Below the pieces are notes generated by a model, which had not been told where the DNA came from, did no database searches, and worked only from the letters and a program-made list of their open reading frames with translations. Positions 19,144 through 27,881 of a stretch of DNA of 64,000 bases are shown piece after piece. The stretch covers positions 896,001 through 960,000 of the forward strand of contig JBDRZU010000001.1 in assembly GCA_039804105.1 (NCBI GenBank). The letters are read 5' to 3'. Each line of letters begins with the position of its first letter. Position 1 is the first letter of the stretch. Both the position numbers and the translations under genes were made by a program. The DNA is from a candidate division WOR-3 bacterium (GTDB taxonomy: Bacteria > Hydrothermota > 32-111).

Positions 19144-22100
19144 TCATATTTCACATTTTTCCCTTTTGATTTTCGTTTCAACTATTGAATAGATAACAGG
19201 AACAAGTATCAATGTTACAATTGTTGAAAAAGATAGTCCCCCAATTACAACGATACCTAATGACCTCCACATCTCAGCACCCTCTTTTGTGCTCAAAGCA
19301 AGTGGAAGTAGTCCAAAAATGGTCGTTAAGGTTGTCATAAGAACAGGTCTTAATCTTCTCTTTCCTGCCAAAGCAACCGCATCACATAAATTCATACCAT
19401 TTTCTCTGAGTTGGTTCATATAACTTACAAGAACTATAGCATTGTTTACAACTATTCCAACAAGCATGAGCATTCCAACAAATCCCATTATCGAGAGTGT
19501 TGTATTCGTTAAGAACAGGGCAAGAATAACACCAGTAAAAGCAAAAGGAATCGAGAAAAATATTATGAAAGGATCCAGAAACGACTCAAACTGTGCAGCC
19601 ATTACAAGAAATACTAAAATGATTCCAATAACTATTGCTATCGAAAGATCTCTAAAAGATTCCTGCTGACTTTTAACATCACCACTACTTAAAATAGTTA
19701 TCTCCTGAGGAACAGAAATTTCTGAAATCATTTTTTGAACCTTTTTATTACCATCTGAAAGTGATATATTGTTTAGGTTTGCCTGTACACTTATATATCT
19801 CATCCTGTTTTTTCTTTCAATCGTTGGGGGTTGTTTGGTCAACTTTATGGATGCGACGCTGGAAAGTGGAACATTAAAATTAGCAGGTGTTGTTATCGGT
19901 AGAGATTTTAGATTGTTGATGTTTCTTAGATACTTTTTATCAAAGAATACATCTATATCGTATTCATAACCATCTTTTCTGAAAACTGAAGGAACATTTC
20001 CATTTATACCGTTTCTCAAACTCAACATCAAATAATAATTGTTCACTCCATAAATCGTTCCATTTTCCTTTTTCGGAATAACAGAGATATCCTCTATCTC
20101 TTCTTCTCTTGATATCGAAACATCAACAAAACTACCATCATCCTCTATCTTTTTTTTCAATTCTTTTGCGATTGAAAAAGTTTTTGAAATATCTTCGCCA
20201 TATATTTCGATAGCTATCTGTTTTTGATTTGAAAACCCTCCAGCGAAATTTGAACTCATCTCAACACTTTTTACTTCCGGATAACTCTGTATAAACTTCC
20301 TTATTGAAGAAAGATTCTTTTTAACCTGATTTATCGAAAGGTTGTCTTTGAATGCAATAATTATCGTTGAAGAGTACTGCGTTGAACCACCGAACATTCT
20401 TCCACTTGTGCCTCCAGCGTAGAAAACAAAATTTTCAACATCGGGAAAATTGTTTTTTATTTTCTTCCCAATTTCAGTCATAATACTATCTGTAATTTCT
20501 ATCCTGAGCCCCGGTGAAAGATTCACGGTTCCCCTTACTCTATTTCCACCGAAAGAGGAAAAGAACTCCGTCTTTATTGAGGGAAGAAGGAATAAAACAC
20601 CAACAAAAATAATTACAATAGTAATGATAATAAATTTTTTATTTTTCATCGAATATGACAAAAAATTCGAATAGAACTGTTCAAAATCGTTAAACCATTT
20701 TTCAGTTATGTTGTGGAACTTTTCAAGAAATTTTTCTTTATATTTTAAAAGTTTTGAGCTTAGCATTGGTGTCAGAGTTATAGAAATAAAAAGTGATGCA
20801 AAAAGAACAACGGAAACCGTATATGCTAACTGTTTGAAAAGAAAAGAGGTAAACCCTTCAATAAAAAGAAGTGGAATAAAGATTGCTATTGTTGTTAATG
20901 TTGATGCAAATATTGCTCCAATCACTTCACTTGTTCCATCAAGTGCTGCATTTTTAATTTCCTTCTTTTCCTCATCTTTATGTCTGTAAATATTCTCAAG
21001 AACAACTATCGAATTATCCACCACCATACCGAGTGCAATCGAAAGTGATGCCAAGGAGATTATGTTCAAGGTTGATTTGGCAAGGTAAAGATATATGATT
21101 CCAAAGATAAGAGAAAATGGAAGAGTTAATGATATTATCAAACTACCGGTTATATTTCTTAAAAATAAAAATACAATTATCACAACAAAAATAAAAGCAT
21201 ATAAAATAGTAGAAGAGAGATTGCTTATTGAATTTGTTATCTGCTTTGATGTATCAAAGACAATGTTGATCGTTGTTCCTTCAGGATACATATTTTTTAT
21301 ATCTTTTAATCTACGGTTCAACTCTTCGACAATCTTTACAGTGTTTGCGTTTGATTGTTTCTGTATAACAACGACCATCCCTTCCTTTCCGTTAATTTTT
21401 GCAACTCCTTCAATTTCTCCCTGAGAAAAATCAATATCAGCAACATTGTATAAATATATCGGGTTTTTCCCTGAATAACCTACTATCGTCTTTGATATAT
21501 CATTAACGGATGTATATTCTCCTGGTAACCTTATAGAATAACTCCTTATGCCCTGTCTTATTTCTCCAAGTGGTATATTCAAATTGTTTGCAGAAATCAT
21601 AGAATTAATTTGTGATAAAGATATATTGTATTTTATAAGGTCTGGTATTCTAACTTTCACATTTACTTTCTTTTTACTTGAAGATGTTATTGAAACTGCA
21701 CCGACTCCAGGAATTTGTCTTATTTTATCAAGAACAACTTTCTCTGTAAAATCGTACATTTTTGCCACTTCGCCTTCATTTTCAAAAACTATTGCTACCG
21801 TAGCAACCGGAATCATTGATGTTGAAAATTTGAAAACAGTTGGTGTTTGAGCATCTTCAGGTAAGGAACTCTTTATGAGTTCAATCTGAGTTCTTATATC
21901 GTTTGCGGCAGCATCAAGATTTTTACCCCAGTTAAACGACACCGTGATAAAAGAAACCGATTCCATCGAATTTGAATTTATCTCTGTCACATCGGGAACC
22001 ATCGAAATTGCTGATTCGATCTTTTTTGTTATCTGCTCTTCAACATCGATACTTGAAGCACCTGGATAAACAGTTATTATAGAAATTTGAGGTAACTCGA

Positions 22101-22212
22101 TGTTTGGAAGCATTTCAAGAGAAAGATTTTTAAATGAAAGAAAACCAAATATCAATATAACAATAAAAACAACTATAATAAAAATTGGTCTTCTGATAGA
22201 TAGTTTTACCAT
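19144..22212 (-). CDS. RND efflux permease (AcrB/AcrD/AcrF family)
   Basis: 1022 aa; motifs GMVVDNSIVVLENI, GIVVNNAIVLV, RLRPVLMTTLTT. Confidence 0.95.
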   Translation of the reverse strand: MVKLSIRRPIFIIVVFIVILIFGFLSFKNLSLEMLPNIELPQISIITVYPGASSIDVEEQITKKIESAISMVPDVTEINSNSMESVSFITVSFNWGKNLDAAANDIRTQIELIKSSLPEDAQTPTVFKFSTSMIPVATVAIVFENEGEVAKMYDFTEKVVLDKIRQIPGVGAVSITSSSKKKVNVKVRIPDLIKYNISLSQINSMISANNLNIPLGEIRQGIRSYSIRLPGEYTSVNDISKTIVGYSGKNPIYLYNVADIDFSQGEIEGVAKINGKEGMVVVIQKQSNANTVKIVEELNRRLKDIKNMYPEGTTINIVFDTSKQITNSISNLSSTILYAFIFVVIIVFLFLRNITGSLIISLTLPFSLIFGIIYLYLAKSTLNIISLASLSIALGMVVDNSIVVLENIYRHKDEEKKEIKNAALDGTSEVIGAIFASTLTTIAIFIPLLFIEGFTSFLFKQLAYTVSVVLFASLFISITLTPMLSSKLLKYKEKFLEKFHNITEKWFNDFEQFYSNFLSYSMKNKKFIIITIVIIFVGVLFLLPSIKTEFFSSFGGNRVRGTVNLSPGLRIEITDSIMTEIGKKIKNNFPDVENFVFYAGGTSGRMFGGSTQYSSTIIIAFKDNLSINQVKKNLSSIRKFIQSYPEVKSVEMSSNFAGGFSNQKQIAIEIYGEDISKTFSIAKELKKKIEDDGSFVDVSISREEEIEDISVIPKKENGTIYGVNNYYLMLSLRNGINGNVPSVFRKDGYEYDIDVFFDKKYLRNINNLKSLPITTPANFNVPLSSVASIKLTKQPPTIERKNRMRYISVQANLNNISLSDGNKKVQKMISEISVPQEITILSSGDVKSQQESFRDLSIAIVIGIILVFLVMAAQFESFLDPFIIFFSIPFAFTGVILALFLTNTTLSIMGFVGMLMLVGIVVNNAIVLVSYMNQLRENGMNLCDAVALAGKRRLRPVLMTTLTTIFGLLPLALSTKEGAEMWRSLGIVVIGGLSFSTIVTLILVPVIYSIVETKIKREKCEI

Positions 22213-22215
22213 AGA

Positions 22216-23076
22216 TCACCTAACCTTCACTTTCTGTCCATCTTTTAACATATCTGAACCGATAGTAACGATAGTGTCTCCCATATTCAAACCTGATACT
22301 ATTTCTACCTGTGATTCGTTTTTGAGACCTGTTTTGACATCAACTTTGTTTGCGATGCCATTTTTCAAAACAAAAACATATTCACCATTTTGATCATTTT
22401 TAACAGATTCAAATGGGACAGTTAAAACATCATTTTTCTTTTCTAAAAGTATTTTTACTGTACAACCTTTATTTATCAAATTACCGTCACCTGTAAACAG
22501 AACATCTATGCTACCAAGATTTGTGTAATTGTTTGGATATTTTGAAACTCTTATAACCTTTCCGTTAAACTTTTTTTCATCAACTTCAACCTGTGCAAAA
22601 GTTCCATTTTTAATTTTTTCGAGTAACTCAGAGGAAACTGAAACTTTTGCTATTTTGCTTGCATCATCAACTATCATACATACAGGTGTTTGGTTTGTTA
22701 CAAAATCGCCCTTGTTTATTGATAGATCATAAACTCTTCCATCTATAGGTGAAATGACCTTTGCTTTCTCAAAAGAAACTCCGGGTATCGATCTGTCTAT
22801 TTCAGCTATAATCTGATCCTTTCTTACATATTCACCCTCTGATACCTTGTATTCTAAAAATCTACCAGGAACATCAGAAAAAACTTCTGTCTGTTTATAA
22901 CCCTCTATCTTTCCATAAAAATCCTGATATATTTTTATTTCTTCATTTTTTGCCAAACTAAAGGAAACTGTTCTAACAAATTCTTCACTCTTAATCGGCC
23001 TATTTCTTGTTTTTGAAAAGATAACAAAAACGATTAAAACTACAATGATGAATAAGATAACAAAAAATTTTTTCAT
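22216..23076 (-). CDS. RND periplasmic adaptor (membrane fusion protein)
   Basis: Lipoyl-like halves (VSEGEYVRKDQIIA, VISPIDG), C-terminal VEIVSGL..GD; sits between the TolC and RND genes. Confidence 0.9.
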   Translation of the reverse strand: MKKFFVILFIIVVLIVFVIFSKTRNRPIKSEEFVRTVSFSLAKNEEIKIYQDFYGKIEGYKQTEVFSDVPGRFLEYKVSEGEYVRKDQIIAEIDRSIPGVSFEKAKVISPIDGRVYDLSINKGDFVTNQTPVCMIVDDASKIAKVSVSSELLEKIKNGTFAQVEVDEKKFNGKVIRVSKYPNNYTNLGSIDVLFTGDGNLINKGCTVKILLEKKNDVLTVPFESVKNDQNGEYVFVLKNGIANKVDVKTGLKNESQVEIVSGLNMGDTIVTIGSDMLKDGQKVKVR

Positions 23077-23087
23077 TTAATTCCTCC

Positions 23088-24410
23088 TTAAAGAACTCCA
23101 AGATAATTTAAAAGTGAAAGTTTATTTATGATGATATCATAGAGAGATTTTAGATATCCAACCTGCGCGTTTATATATTTTGTTTCAGCATCTATATAAT
23201 CAACATTACTTATAATACCCCTATTGTATTGCTCGGTAGCGGTTAAATATGCTTCTTTTGAAAGATCTAAAGTTTTTTCAAAAATCTTTAGATTCTCTTT
23301 TGAATTTTCATAGTTTTTCATCAAAAGTTCAAGATCAACAGGAATTCTTTCTTTCAAGAGAAGATAGCTCATCTTTACTTGTTTTTCCTGCTTTTTTGAT
23401 TTCAAAATGTTCAAAACTCTGCTTCCACCGGATAAAAGATCAAGATTCACCGAAAAACCCAAATTGTAAGATCCGTCGAAATATGAAGAATCGGAAATAT
23501 AGGAGTAATAATTTTTATAGTTGTATGAGGTGAAAAAAGCAACATTTGGAAGAAACGATGTAGAATTTAACAGCGTTGACTTTTTCGCTACATTTTTTGA
23601 AATTTCAAGATTTTTCAACTCACTTTTATTTTTATAACATATATCTAACAATTTTTCTTTCGTTAATGAATCCAGTCCAAGAGTATCAAATTTGTCAACA
23701 GTACTAAAAGAAAGAGAATCATTTAGAATTACACTATCTTTGATATCCATTCCGAGCAAAAACTTTAAACTGTGTAAAAGATTGTCTCTCTGCTTTATAA
23801 GATTTTTTAATTCCATTTTACTGTTTTCAAAATCAATTTCTGAAGAAAGTTTCTCAAGTTTACTTGAAGTACCAAGATTATATTTTGATAGAGTCACTTT
23901 ATGATGATTCTCTTTTGCCTCAATAATTTTTTTATTAACATCTATCATTTGATCAAAAAGTTTTACTGAAAGATATAATTGTATAACAGAAAATTTTATA
24001 TCCCTTTTTGTTTTTTCAAGATCATTTTTAGACATTTGGAGTTTGTCTTTCGAAACCATATATCCAAGAACAAGTTTTCCTCCAAGAAAAACTGGTTGCG
24101 AGAGTTTTACATCCAGAGAATAGTTGTTCTGTTCACCAACTTTTATTTTCATTGGTCCAAAAGCAGTGTTAACATATGTTGTTGGAACTGTATCCAATCT
24201 GACAAAGGTTCCAGTCGATGTTACTTTTGGGAAAAAGTTTGTGATTGAAAGTAGCAAATCTTCGTTTGCTATATTTACATTTTCCTCTGATATTTTTATC
24301 TGTAAATTATCATCATACGCTTTTTCAATAGCTTCATCAAGAGTCAAACTTGATATGAATGAAAAGGAAAAATAAAAAAATAAAAGCATCACAAAAAACT
24401 TTTTTTGCAT
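23088..24410 (-). CDS. TolC-family outer-membrane efflux protein
   Basis: Motifs LTLDEAIEKA..N, FFPKV, QPVFLGG; two-repeat OEP pattern. SD AAGGAG before ATG 24410. Confidence 0.9.
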   Translation of the reverse strand: MQKKFFVMLLFFYFSFSFISSLTLDEAIEKAYDDNLQIKISEENVNIANEDLLLSITNFFPKVTSTGTFVRLDTVPTTYVNTAFGPMKIKVGEQNNYSLDVKLSQPVFLGGKLVLGYMVSKDKLQMSKNDLEKTKRDIKFSVIQLYLSVKLFDQMIDVNKKIIEAKENHHKVTLSKYNLGTSSKLEKLSSEIDFENSKMELKNLIKQRDNLLHSLKFLLGMDIKDSVILNDSLSFSTVDKFDTLGLDSLTKEKLLDICYKNKSELKNLEISKNVAKKSTLLNSTSFLPNVAFFTSYNYKNYYSYISDSSYFDGSYNLGFSVNLDLLSGGSRVLNILKSKKQEKQVKMSYLLLKERIPVDLELLMKNYENSKENLKIFEKTLDLSKEAYLTATEQYNRGIISNVDYIDAETKYINAQVGYLKSLYDIIINKLSLLNYLGVL

Positions 24411-24412
24411 CT

Positions 24413-24991
24413 TCACTCCTTAATTAAAATTTTTAGAACATTGTCTTTAATATATTTTATTCTCTTCTGGTCAAGTTGTGTTTCAAAAAAGATTATTCTC
24501 GAAATTTCCATATGTATCAAACCAACTATCATCATCGTTAAAATTTCACTGTTTAAATCTTTAAAAATATTTTTTTGAATACCTTCATCTATTATATCCT
24601 TCAATATCTGAAACCTTTTTACAACTATTCTTCGATCGATACCTTTTGAAAAATCAAACAACTCTTTGTTTGAATTGAGATTGTTTATAGTGAAAAATTT
24701 CACTTTATTTACATTCCCAACCATTATTTCCAAAAATGTCTCTATATATTTCTCTACTTTCAGATATGGTGAATCCACTTTTTCAACAGATTTTTTTATC
24801 TCTTCATTACAATTGTTTATAGCATAATTTATAGCTGAAATAAAAAGTTCTTTTTTGTTTTTAAAATACAGATAAATTGTTCCTTTTCCAACATTTGCTT
24901 TTTTTGCAATACTATCAACATCTGTCTTATAGTATCCTTTTTTCCCAAAAAGTTCTAAAGATGCTTCTAAAATTTTATTTTTTTTATCCAT
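24413..24991 (-). CDS. TetR/AcrR family regulator
   Basis: HTH motif IAKKANVGKGTIYLYFKNKKELF. Confidence 0.95.
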   Translation of the reverse strand: MDKKNKILEASLELFGKKGYYKTDVDSIAKKANVGKGTIYLYFKNKKELFISAINYAINNCNEEIKKSVEKVDSPYLKVEKYIETFLEIMVGNVNKVKFFTINNLNSNKELFDFSKGIDRRIVVKRFQILKDIIDEGIQKNIFKDLNSEILTMMIVGLIHMEISRIIFFETQLDQKRIKYIKDNVLKILIKE

Positions 24992-24997
24992 TGTGAT

Positions 24998-25026
24998 AAT
25001 ATAATTAAAACTGACCAGTCAGTCAA
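24998..25026 (-). promoter_or_regulatory. promoter of the efflux operon with TetR operator palindrome
   Basis: TTGACT-17nt-TATATT. The inverted repeat ACTGAC-n2-GTCAGT (25010..25023) overlaps the -35 and spacer. Confidence 0.75.
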
Positions 25027-25099
25027 GATGTTTTTTTAAAATTTCTATTGAAATTTTATATTATTTTATTATACTAAAAAATAGTAAAAAAGGAGAAAT

Positions 25100-26263
25100 A
25101 TGATTGTTGAATGTCCAAAATGTCATAAAAAATATGAAATTGATGAAATGTACATTCCAATAGGTGGTGCTCCAATAAAGTGTCCGAATTGCAAAAATAT
25201 TTTTGGAATATATGTTGAGCCTATAGATATTCCGATGACTGAAGTTACTGAAGAAAACGTATCTTCACAAACTCTTGAAACTTCAGTTGAAACATCAAAA
25301 ATACCATCTTTTGAAGAAAATTCGATTTCAACAAAATTTGAAGAACAAAAAGTTGAAGAGAATGAAATTCCAACTTTTCCAGATATGGATCAATTTGGAA
25401 AATTTTCAAGTGAAACAGAGGAAATTCCATTTTCATCAAAATCCAGTTTTGAACCAAAGGTTGAAGAGGTGAAGAAAGAGGAACCTTTTGTTAATCCTTT
25501 CACTCAACCACAAACACAAAAACCAGTTCAACAACCACCTTTCCAGCAGCCCGATTTCGGTGTTCCACCTGCTTTTACTCAGCCAAAGGTTGAAGAGGCT
25601 AAGAAAGAGGAACCTTTTGTTAATCCTTTCTCTCAGCCACAACCACAAAAACCAGTTCAACAACCACCTTTCCAGCAGCCCGATTTCGGTGTTCCACCTG
25701 CTTTTACTCAGCCAAAGGTTGAAGAGGCTAAGAAAGAGGAACCTTTTGTTAATCCTTTCGCTCAGCCACAACCACAAAAACCAGTTCAACAACCACCTTT
25801 CCAGCAGCCCGATTTCGGTGTTCCACCTGCTTTTACTCAGCCAAAGGTTGAAGAGGTGAAGAAAGAGGAACCTTCTGTTAATCCTTTCGCTCAACCACAA
25901 AGACCTTTACAACAACCAACTCAAACAGTTCAGGCAGGTAAAGCAGGTACTCCAATGTTTGATGTATTACTTGCTGGATTTAATCTTCCACCAGATTTTA
26001 AATCACTTCCTGAAAATGTTCAAAAACTTCATAAAGACGCTATCAAACTTGCAAGACAACTTGCCAAAGATATTCTTCTTTACCATAAAGATGAAGTTGA
26101 AAGAGGTTTGACATCTGGAAATATAAAAGAAATCTTGAAAGAGGAAATTGAAAAATCTTATAAATTCTACTCTCAAAGGATACCTTCAGAAATAGTAAAT
26201 TCAACAAACTATTTCAATGAAGCTTTAAATAAAATAATTTGTAAAGGGCAGAATATTTTTTAG
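25100..26263 (+). CDS. zinc-ribbon (MJ0042-type) protein with Pro/Gln-rich repeat linker and helical C-terminal domain
   Basis: Motif MIVECPKC...IKCPNCKNIF; SD AAGGAG. Confidence 0.85.
   Translation: MIVECPKCHKKYEIDEMYIPIGGAPIKCPNCKNIFGIYVEPIDIPMTEVTEENVSSQTLETSVETSKIPSFEENSISTKFEEQKVEENEIPTFPDMDQFGKFSSETEEIPFSSKSSFEPKVEEVKKEEPFVNPFTQPQTQKPVQQPPFQQPDFGVPPAFTQPKVEEAKKEEPFVNPFSQPQPQKPVQQPPFQQPDFGVPPAFTQPKVEEAKKEEPFVNPFAQPQPQKPVQQPPFQQPDFGVPPAFTQPKVEEVKKEEPSVNPFAQPQRPLQQPTQTVQAGKAGTPMFDVLLAGFNLPPDFKSLPENVQKLHKDAIKLARQLAKDILLYHKDEVERGLTSGNIKEILKEEIEKSYKFYSQRIPSEIVNSTNYFNEALNKIICKGQNIF
25454..25900 (+). repeat. 129-bp (43-aa) intragenic tandem repeat, ~3.5 copies
   Basis: CCAAAGGTTGAAGAG recurs at 25454, 25583, 25712 and 25841; units are nearly identical. 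Confidence 0.95.
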
Positions 26264-27795
26264 TATTTAAATGCTGAACCACCGACAAACTCTCTTAGAA
26301 CAGATGTTGGTGGTATTTTTTCAACAGAAATTTCTTTGAAAAAAGATAAAATAAAAAGTAATCTTTTTGCATCAAGATAAAATTCACTCTTTTCATCGAT
26401 TTCCTGTAATAAAGGTTTAGCAAAGTTCTTTAATACTGAAAGTTCATATAAAAGTGAAGAGTTGAAAAAGAAATCTGCACTCTCTTGGAAAGGGAAAATA
26501 TTTTTTTCTTCTCCGTCGCGAACATGTTTCCACATTTTAAGAGTATTTTCAGCAGTATGGTTTCGAAAAAGATAATCTCTGACAATTCTTCTTATCAACC
26601 TGTTATCGGTTGTTGAAATCCTGTGTGTGTTATCTATATTTATCTGGGTTAAAGCTGAAACATATATTTTCAGTTTCAAATCTTTTGGAATAGATTCGGT
26701 AAGTTTCTCATTCAATCCATGTATTCCCTCTATCACAAGAATCGAGTCCCTTCCCATCTTCAATTTTGTTCCATCTGCTAATCTTTTTCCAGTTTGAAAA
26801 TCAAATTTAGGGTTTATAATCTCTTCTCCCTCTATGAGAGCATTCAAATTTTTATTAAACAGTTCTAGATCTAAAGCTTCGATTGATTCAAAATCTTTTT
26901 TTCCATCCTTATCGAGTTTTATTTTATCGTTATCAAGGAAATAGTCATCGAGAGATATTCCAACAACTGAAAGTCCAAGAACTTTCAACTGTATGGATAA
27001 TCTTTTTAAAAAGGTCGTTTTCCCTGATGAGGAAGGTCCCGCTATAAGTATAATTTTCAGTTTTCCTCTCTTGGAATCAACATGGTTTGCTATTTCAACT
27101 ATCTTTTTTTCATGTAAAGCTTCACACACATACACAAGTTCAAATATCTCATCATTCTCTATCGAATCTCTGATATTTTTCACTGACCTCCATCCAAGCA
27201 CTTTTGCCCAATTTTCTGACTCGTTAAAAATTGCAAAAAGTTTTTTCTGATCCTTTTTAACATTTTCCTCAGAAAGATATGCAATAAATCCTGGTGGATA
27301 ATATTTAATAAAAGATCCCTTTAACAATGAGGTCGAATCAACTATGGGTGTGAAAAAAAATTCTTTCACATTGTTATATTCACACAAAAAACCACCAGAT
27401 ATTTCAGAATTAGTTAAAATATCAAACTTATCCTTATCATCTTTAAAAACTTTCAGAAGTTCATCTTTTGTTTTATATTTTGAAGAAAATTTTTCATTAT
27501 TCTCTATTCTTTTTTCAAGAACATCATTTATTCTGTTAATATCGTTCTCACAAAGTAAGGTTTCAGAAAAAACTTCACAATAGAGTCCACCATTTATCGT
27601 ATGTTCCACATTCAAAATTGCGTTTTTAAAATTTGAGGTTATGATATCTTTTAAAATTAAAATTAAACTGTTTTGAAGAACAAGTTTTCCATAAAAAGAA
27701 TCAGAATAAACAGGACTTTTTTCCTCATACGAAAAATTATCATCAAGAGGCATTAACTTATTTTTTCTTTCAAAACAAACTATTTTTTTCTCCAT
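26260..27795 (-). CDS. nucleoside/uridine kinase with N-terminal ThrRS-like domain
   Basis: Motifs IAGPSSSGKTT, ISLDDYF, IEGIHGLN, TTDNRLIRRIVRD, PTSVLREFVGGS. Confidence 0.88.
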   Translation of the reverse strand: MEKKIVCFERKNKLMPLDDNFSYEEKSPVYSDSFYGKLVLQNSLILILKDIITSNFKNAILNVEHTINGGLYCEVFSETLLCENDINRINDVLEKRIENNEKFSSKYKTKDELLKVFKDDKDKFDILTNSEISGGFLCEYNNVKEFFFTPIVDSTSLLKGSFIKYYPPGFIAYLSEENVKKDQKKLFAIFNESENWAKVLGWRSVKNIRDSIENDEIFELVYVCEALHEKKIVEIANHVDSKRGKLKIILIAGPSSSGKTTFLKRLSIQLKVLGLSVVGISLDDYFLDNDKIKLDKDGKKDFESIEALDLELFNKNLNALIEGEEIINPKFDFQTGKRLADGTKLKMGRDSILVIEGIHGLNEKLTESIPKDLKLKIYVSALTQINIDNTHRISTTDNRLIRRIVRDYLFRNHTAENTLKMWKHVRDGEEKNIFPFQESADFFFNSSLLYELSVLKNFAKPLLQEIDEKSEFYLDAKRLLFILSFFKEISVEKIPPTSVLREFVGGSAFKY

Positions 27796-27802
27796 ATTTT
27801 TT

Positions 27803-27874
27803 AGCTGGTGGGCGGATTTGAACCGCCGACCCGCGCTTTACGAAAGCGCTGCTCTACCACTGAGCCACACCAGC
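27803..27874 (-). tRNA. tRNA-Thr(CGT), CCA not encoded
   Basis: GCTGGTG...TGGTAGAGC A GCGCT-TT-CGT-AA-AGCGC...GGTTCAAATCC...CACCAGC T folds as a cloverleaf. Confidence 0.95.
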
Positions 27875-27881
27875 AAAAATT

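Noticed and set aside
25454..25900. Possible CRISPR array
   Set aside because: Units are contiguous 129-bp in-frame coding repeats with no unique spacers, and no cas genes are nearby.
27803..27874. Link between the ACG-decoding tRNA-Thr(CGT) and the thiE ACG start
   Set aside because: Initiation uses fMet-tRNA; the proximity (~10 kb) is probably coincidental.
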